Made by a program: the position numbers and the translations under genes. Shown in pieces: positions 56,829-64,000 of a DNA stretch of 64,000 bases. How positions within the stretch are numbered: position 1 is the first letter of the stretch; each line of letters opens with the position of its first letter. The stretch spans positions 70,246,001-70,310,000 of the forward strand of contig OX597830.1 in the NCBI GenBank assembly GCA_951406725.2. Direction: 5' to 3'. This DNA comes from Octopus vulgaris. Lineage: Eukaryota. The notes under the pieces were generated by a model. The model saw only the letters and a program-made list of their open reading frames with translations, searched no databases and was not told where the DNA came from.

Positions 56829-57397
56829 CAATATTTTTTGCTTCCGCAAAGGCAGCGAGCTGGCAGAGTTGTTAGCACGCCGGGCAAAATGCTTAGCGGT
56901 GTCTTTTCGCCAGTCTTCAAGATCTGAATTAAAATTCCACTGGGGTCGAATTTCCCTTTCATGCTTTCGGAGCCGATAAAATAAGTACGTGCTGAGTACT
57001 GTGGTCGATGAAAGTTGACTTACGCCGCCTCTTCAAAATTGCGGCCCTTTTCATCGACCCCGAAAGGATGGAAAGCAATGACGACATCGTCGGAATTTGA
57101 TCTCTGATCATAAAAACGAACGGAAGTGCTACAAGCATTTTGCGCGGCGTACTTAACGATTCTGCCAGCTCACCGCCTTGTGGAAGTAAAAATATTGATT
57201 TCAAATTTTGGCACATGGCCAACAATTTCGGAGGAGCGGGTAAATCCCTCAGTGCTCAACTGGTACTTTATCAACCCCAAAAGGGTGGAAAGCAAAGTCT
57301 ATCTCGATGGAATTTGAACTAGAGAAGTCAAGGACGGGTGAAATACCGCTAAAGCATTTTGTCCGGCATGCTAACGAGTCTGCCAGTTCGTCGCTTT
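56829..57397. mobile_element. Inverted pair of family C SINEs (56850-57180) plus a third copy on the minus strand
   Basis: GGCAGCGAGCTGGCAG (+) and CTGCCAGCTCACCGCC (-) heads; the third copy ends CTGCCAGTTCGTCGC at ~57394. Confidence 0.8.
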
Positions 57398-57401
57398 AGC
57401 A

Positions 57402-57473
<72 letters not shown>

Positions 57474-57474
57474 G

Positions 57475-57526
<52 letters not shown>

Positions 57527-57939
57527 AAAACAACAACAACAACAATACTAATAATAATTATAAGGTACAGTAAGGAAGTGATTTATTAATCTACAATGGG
57601 CTTAAATGAGCCTTAAACGAAGTATGCGACGCGATATTTTAGGATAAGAGATATAGGTAAATAGTTGGATCAGGGCTAAAAAGTTTGGAAACAGACGTTC
57701 TTGGGATGAACGGAATTTTCATCAAGTTTGTTTGTTTCAGAGAGAGAGGAGGAGGAGGAGGAGAGGAGGAGGAGGAGGAGGAGGAAGAGGAAGTGAGAAA
57801 GGGTGAGAGAGAAAGGGAAAGATGTTATGTCAAAAAATATTGTTACCTCTCATTAATAATTATGGCCATTGTTCTCATGAAAATTTATGAAATTGCCTAA
57901 AAAATTTAATTATTAAGATCTGCGTGAGTCCAAACTATA

Positions 57940-58310
57940 TATATATCAAATGTGAGGATAAAATTCTTTTCGAAAAAAAATATTTTCTCGAAAACAATTT
58001 TATCAATGGCCAGCATATTAAAAAATACCTTTAACGGTTAAATTTATATAATTCATAAATGAGGGCAAGGGAAAAAAATTTCTAATGCCAAATATGCCGA
58101 AAAATTGGACATATTGTCCATTAACCATATAGTTTTTTCACTAACTCTGAAATCGGTCCGATATGGTAATAATGGAATTTTTTAAAAATTTCTGTCGACC
58201 TTTATTCGAGTAGCGTGCGTATTGTGAAAAAACTATATGGTTAATGGACAATATGTCCAATTTTTCGGCATATTTGGCATTAGAAATTTTTTCCCTTGCC
58301 CTCATTTATG

Positions 58311-58314
<4 letters not shown>
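57940..58314. mobile_element. Young asymmetric fold-back element with near-perfect ~92-bp arms
   Basis: 58050-58141 is the reverse complement of 58224-58314 (about one indel). It has an 82-bp spacer, an extra ~110 bp on the left only, and (TA)n flanks. Confidence 0.85.
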
Positions 58315-58360
<46 letters not shown>

Positions 58361-58617
58361 CTACTGAATAGTGACCAAGTGAAATCAGTATTATTTTGAA
58401 TCACACGATATACAAGATATTACCAAAAACATTTAAACCAATTTGAACACGGTGGCCATGGAATATTCTTAAATGGGATTTTTTCTTATTAATACAAGAG
58501 AAATATAAATATACAAGTAATGGTTATTATTACAAGGGAGATTTACTATCTCCCTATTTTATCAAAAGATCAGGAAGGCGAACAGTAAACATGCAAGTGA
58601 TACTTAAGAGGCACATA

Positions 58618-58658
58618 GTCACTGATAAGTTCGCAGACTGTGACGAAAGGACTTTGAC
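58618..58658 (+). ncRNA. Type I hammerhead-like motif, probably inactive (G8A)
   Basis: GTCA-CTGATAA-GTtCGCAG a CTGTGAC-GAA-AGGACT-T-TGAC, within a ~550-bp block flanked by (TA)n. Confidence 0.5.
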
Positions 58659-58905
58659 AGAGTATTAGACTAACAATTAAAACAGTTAATTAGTTATTGA
58701 ACAGCCATTTAATGAAACTGAAGTGAAACATAATCAGTGCGTATGTTTTGTTTTTTTTTATATTGGGAGTATCACTCTCCCAAAATACAACAATATCAAA
58801 TTCAACACATCAAGAATTTTGCAAAACAAACATTAAAAGCGAAGTCTTTGCTTATTTATAACATTTTTTCACTTTGAAATCTGGACAGTAGATTAATATT
58901 TCTGC

Positions 58906-58962
<57 letters not shown>

Positions 58963-59228
58963 TATATTTATAATTATATATATAATCATATCAAAGGGAT
59001 AGGAAGAGAACCTCTCCTATAGCTATAGGAGATGTGAGGTAGTTTTTAGTGCCATTTGGCGTTTATATCTAGCGTGTGGAGAGGTTGTTCCGAACTCTTT
59101 GATATAATTATATATATAATTATAAATATACTGTATAAAAATTACCTATGAGATTTTTATTTAACGCTGACCACTTGATAAAGTCATTAAAGTGATCTTA
59201 TCCTTAATTCTAGAAAAATAAAAATTAT
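58963..59228. mobile_element. Asymmetric fold-back element inside (TA)n
   Basis: Imperfect arms at 58963-59017 and 59078-59130 plus a ~100-bp tail. Confidence 0.7.
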
Positions 59229-59320
59229 ATATATACATATATACATACATTCATACATACATACATACATACATACATACATACATACATACATACATAC
59301 ATACAGACAGACAGACAGAC

Positions 59321-59396
<76 letters not shown>

Positions 59397-59401
59397 GGAT
59401 G

Positions 59402-59483
<82 letters not shown>

Positions 59484-60433
59484 CAGACAGAGGAAGACTT
59501 TGACAGATTTCTGTACAGAGTTATACTTCACGCCTTGGCAAACCATTGAGAAACCATTGGTGTATGCAATTATTACTTAAGGACAAACGTTAAATTTAAT
59601 AATATATCTAACATTGAAATCCATATTTGTAGATTACCGAAACGTGGTCTTAACGAAGTTTGTGATGCGGTTTTTGTACGGTTTTATATCTAACTGCGGA
59701 TCAATAAATAAGTTACGGATTGAGTTTGCTCTGTGTCGTTTCTTTTACCCTTTTCCTGCATTTGGTCTGTCGCTACACTGAGTGTTGATGCAATACTTGA
59801 CGAAGAAATGACCCTGAAAATAAGTTCTGACCTCTTTTCTTTGACATCTCACAGTGACCCTGACCAGAACGGGACTGTTATCAGCGGATAAAACAGAAAC
59901 GGAAAAGAGAAACAAAAAAGAAGCGTAATAATAAATTACCATAAATTCGCTCTTGCGAATCCATTTTCTCTCTCGTTTTACTGTCGAATAATAAATCGAA
60001 TGAGCCTCACAGTTGTGAATACATTGTTCCAGATCCCTTGTCATACGTAGACCATACACTGGGCTGCAATAATTAACAATAGGGGAGCACAGAAAGACCT
60101 TTGGAAGTCACTCTAAATTTGAATAATTATGAATACGGCTCAATAATTTTTGATAATGAATTCCTCCTACATATACAAACTATTCAGAGGGTTTATATAT
60201 TCGGGGACGAAAATGTAGGTTAGAGCAGTACGGGTACATTAAGCACGTCTTTAGAATGCTATTCGTATGCTCCCATCTACCGTGTAGATTAATGATACAT
60301 TTCGATATAAATTTAGGTTTTAATGTCAACTTTAAACTCCACTAAAGTATTTAACTTGATATGAACACCCGAACACATTCATATATATATATATACATAT
60401 AGACACACAGACACACAGGCACACATAAGATAT

Positions 60434-60490
<57 letters not shown>

Positions 60491-60697
60491 GCATATATAT
60501 AAGTTGTAGTTCACGTTATTGAGTAGACAATATCCCTCTCAACCCAACTCGGTCAAGCATTCCATATATTTTCCTTCTTTCTATTCTGTTACTACCCCTC
60601 GCACCCAGTGGGGTGGTTTCGAAATTACAATAAAGGGAACACACACATCCTTCCCAGCTGCAGACACACACACGCGCACACACACACACACTCATAT

Positions 60698-60759
<62 letters not shown>

Positions 60760-62682
60760 CACATTATCTATTTATCTATATAATATATATTCAAAATATA
60801 TAAATGCACCATATATATAAATGCGTGCATGGGAGTATGTATATTACACACACATACACACACACACAAACACACACACACACACTCACACACACACATA
60901 TATGCTTACATGTATTTCCAAAGACACATATATACATGCATGCATACGTGGCATCAATTATACTATGAATGATCACGTGTGTTAGGGGATTGATTAAGCA
61001 CGTTACCACTCTTTATCGATCAATCGATATTTATCTCATGGAAGTGTAACGAACGGAGTCAATTGTTTGACATTTCTTAATAAGACATATATATACATTT
61101 TGAGATGATTAATAGGGTTGTGGTGTGATTAAAACAGTTGAACGCCAGGCCCATTATCTAACAGCGTATTGTATTGTTACCTTAGGACATGCGTTCAAAT
61201 CTAACCTATGCTAAAATTGCATTTGACCTTCCGAGGTCATTGAAGAAGAAAAGGTAGTGTGGTGGTGGGGGGGACAGATTTGTGGCGAGGGTGATTAAAT
61301 AACCACTTCACCTTCCCTTACAAATTTATGCAGTTGTGACGTTTAATATAATTACTCGGTGGGTCAGTTAATGTATTTGAATCGTGGATGATTTTGAAAC
61401 GAGAAGTGTAACGCTGACGTCAGCAATCATACTAACGCCAGCATTAACCCTGTCGGGTCTGGGACCCAGTGTCTAACTCTACCCAGACTCCCGAAAGAAA
61501 AAGACTAAATTAATGCATATACAACTCAAGAGTTTGATTCTGTCCAAACTAATGGACAGAATCAACTGATTTTTCTTTTTTTTTTTTTTTTTTTACGGGC
61601 GTTGTCCATTACCACTTCACCGGGAATTCGGCAGGGGTGACTTTAAACCCATTCCCACTATATCAGGAATAAGCTGTGTAGTAAAAGTGGTGGTGACGTG
61701 AGTATTGCTGTTGTTAATGCTGATTTGCAGCACCAGGTAAACTCTGATCGAGCAGTATGTAATCAAAGATATCTCTAGTGTGACAATGCCCTGTTTCTAG
61801 AAGCTTCTCGGCCTTCATTATTCTATCTTTACTTTCCTTCTTTTAACACATTAAGACGAGATTTGATTGAGATTTTACTGGTATTTCTCGTAGGTTAAAT
61901 GACCACGTAGAGGCTCCCACGGAGGCTTTTCGAAACCTCTGTGGAAACCAGGTTATTCTCTTTTCTGTCTAGTTCTCTTATAAAATGGATTTAGTGACAA
62001 GGAAAAGCTTACTCGCCACTCTCGACCATTGATGAGAAAATGAGACAGCAAAAAGGTCTTTTATAAATATCTGACAGATTTCCCTCAGTTCACATTCTAG
62101 TTTCTTAAAAAAAGATACACAACACATTGGATAATGTTATCGTAAAAAGAGAGGGGAGAAGAGAGAGAGAGAGAGAGAGAGAAAGACAGGAATTGGTGCG
62201 TGATATCCACGTATTGAAGTATGTAGGGAAGACGTAAAGAATAAATATAAGGCGTGTTTGGGTATACTGATACACACACATACATACATATATATACATA
62301 AACATATATATGTGTGTGTGAATGTATGCATGTATAAATATACATATGTATTAATATTTACTCTCACACACATACACACACACATATACATCCATATACA
62401 TATATATGTATATAGGCTTTGCTTGCTCGTGTTTCAAATTGATGCGTTTAATGGCTAATATGTGTGTTTGTGTGCGGGTGAGTGCGTGTGTGTGTGTGTC
62501 TGTGCCCGTGCGTGTCACACTCGTGCCTCTGTGAGCTTACATACATATATATCTATGTCTATATACAGACAGACATACTTACGTACGTACATACATGCAT
62601 ACACACAAATAGGCACATACACACACATAGACGCATACACACATATATGTATGGATGCATGTATATTGCTAGATAGATAGAC

Positions 62683-62771
<89 letters not shown>

Positions 62772-63580
62772 TGCTGAGGGAAAGATGGAGGGAAAGAGAT
62801 AAGAATTAAACGCTTATACATAGGTGTTAACTGCAGCACATTTAAAGCGACAACATTAAAGATAAGGGATATCTAGAAATTTGTATAAAATAAATGTGAA
62901 TTCATTCATTTCAAATGCAAACTGGCGTTTCTAATCGAATGGATTTTGAAAACCCTGCAAATTGATGTGCTACAATCATTTAGATTAACTGCGTGAGCAG
63001 TTTTTATATGTCACTTGTGACATGAAATTTATCATCTGTGTTAAAATCGTTTCGCATTAGTGTACGGAATTCATCATACTTAGATCATCGGTATGCGTTT
63101 CAAATTGAAAACAGATTATAAATGGCTGCCACAAAGGGATAGATTGGAAGTGGAGATGGGAGAGAAAAGACGAAGTAAAAAGGAAGCAATTTTTTAGATG
63201 TTCTTGTTCATATAATTAATTTAGCTGATTTACCTGAATGATTTACCTGAAAACATTGGTAAGTATGTACTATTGACCAACTGATTAGGTTAGTATGCAA
63301 AAACTAATCGATTACGTGTCAATGAAATAAAATAGTGTGCTCGGTAATTTAAATTATCTGATATATCGTAAAGGGTTTTCGATATCATTTCGAATCTGTT
63401 ACAACATTGAAGAGTCTTAGGATTCTGGAGCTTAAAAAGTTTCAAGATTTTTATGTGCCAAACTTTTTTGATCGCTTCTTACTCTTTCATTGAAACAAAG
63501 AAATGCTTGGTCCTTTAGCTTTGTTGGTTCAGAGAATAGTGTAAATGACGAGTATTTCGTTAGCTCACTTAGCAAGGACA

Positions 63581-63758
63581 TCATCATCATTGTTCGACCG
63601 TGGTCGAGACAATGGAAATTCCTATGCTACGCCAGACTTCACAGTCCATCATAGCATTACGGAGGTCCTGTTGCTGGATGCCTGTATCCCTGGAGATTAC
63701 ATCAGGGTAGGAGAGTGTTCGCCCTCTAGTATCGCGAGTAGATAGCTTCCAGAGGAGA
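63581..63758 (-). mobile_element. 5'-truncated RTE-type LINE 3' end with 10-bp TSD
   Basis: Encodes LLLWK...RGRTLSYPDVISRDTG...DLRNAMMDCEVWR, typical of RTE-like ORF C-termini, followed by a (TGA)n tail. AGCAAGGACA occurs at 63571-63580 and 63759-63768. Confidence 0.8.
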
Positions 63759-64000
63759 AGCAAGGACAATCTTCATACACATGGCTTTGATTTCAGCCAT
63801 ATAAGTTTCTGCTGTCGACCTGTGTAGCACAGTGATGAACAGGCAACGCATCTCTTTAATTACGGGATTCTTGTATCATTTTAAAATATTATGTCCTTCA
63901 AAACTAATAATACTCGGAGTAACTATTCCTCAGAGGAGCACTGTGATCGGTTGACTGAACACCATCATCTAAAGCAGATGAGGGTATTCAAAGCGTAATT

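Noticed and set aside
59035-59043. let-7-like TGAGGTAGT
   Set aside because: Only 9 nt, located in the spacer of a fold-back repeat, and the remainder does not match.

Overview
This is AT-rich eukaryotic non-coding DNA, almost certainly from an octopus. The species call is inferred from the tRNA-derived SINE families and the extreme (TA)n/(CA)n/(GA)n/(GATA)n/(ATT)n microsatellite load. I find no intact protein-coding gene, RNA gene or CRISPR array, and nearly all listed ORFs are translations of microsatellites. The supportable content is: many copies of at least three tRNA-derived SINE families (some with target-site duplications), a non-autonomous Helitron, a 5'-truncated RTE-type LINE end with a TSD, and a heavily decayed Penelope-like (RT + GIY-YIG) ORF remnant at about 48.7-49.7 kb. 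The most interesting signal is a dispersed set of minimal type I hammerhead-ribozyme motifs (14958, 40812, 44343, 58618, plus degenerate or half copies), several with a CCGAUGA/UCGAAGA variant core. They sit in short elements near (TA)n tracts that often carry asymmetric fold-back arms, consistent with Penelope pseudo-LTR- or retrozyme-like non-autonomous elements. Two unique-sequence islands (about 9.6-10.6 kb and 46.1-46.5 kb) may be promoters or first exons of a large gene, but this is weak. All alignments were done by eye, and family names are from recall rather than database searches.
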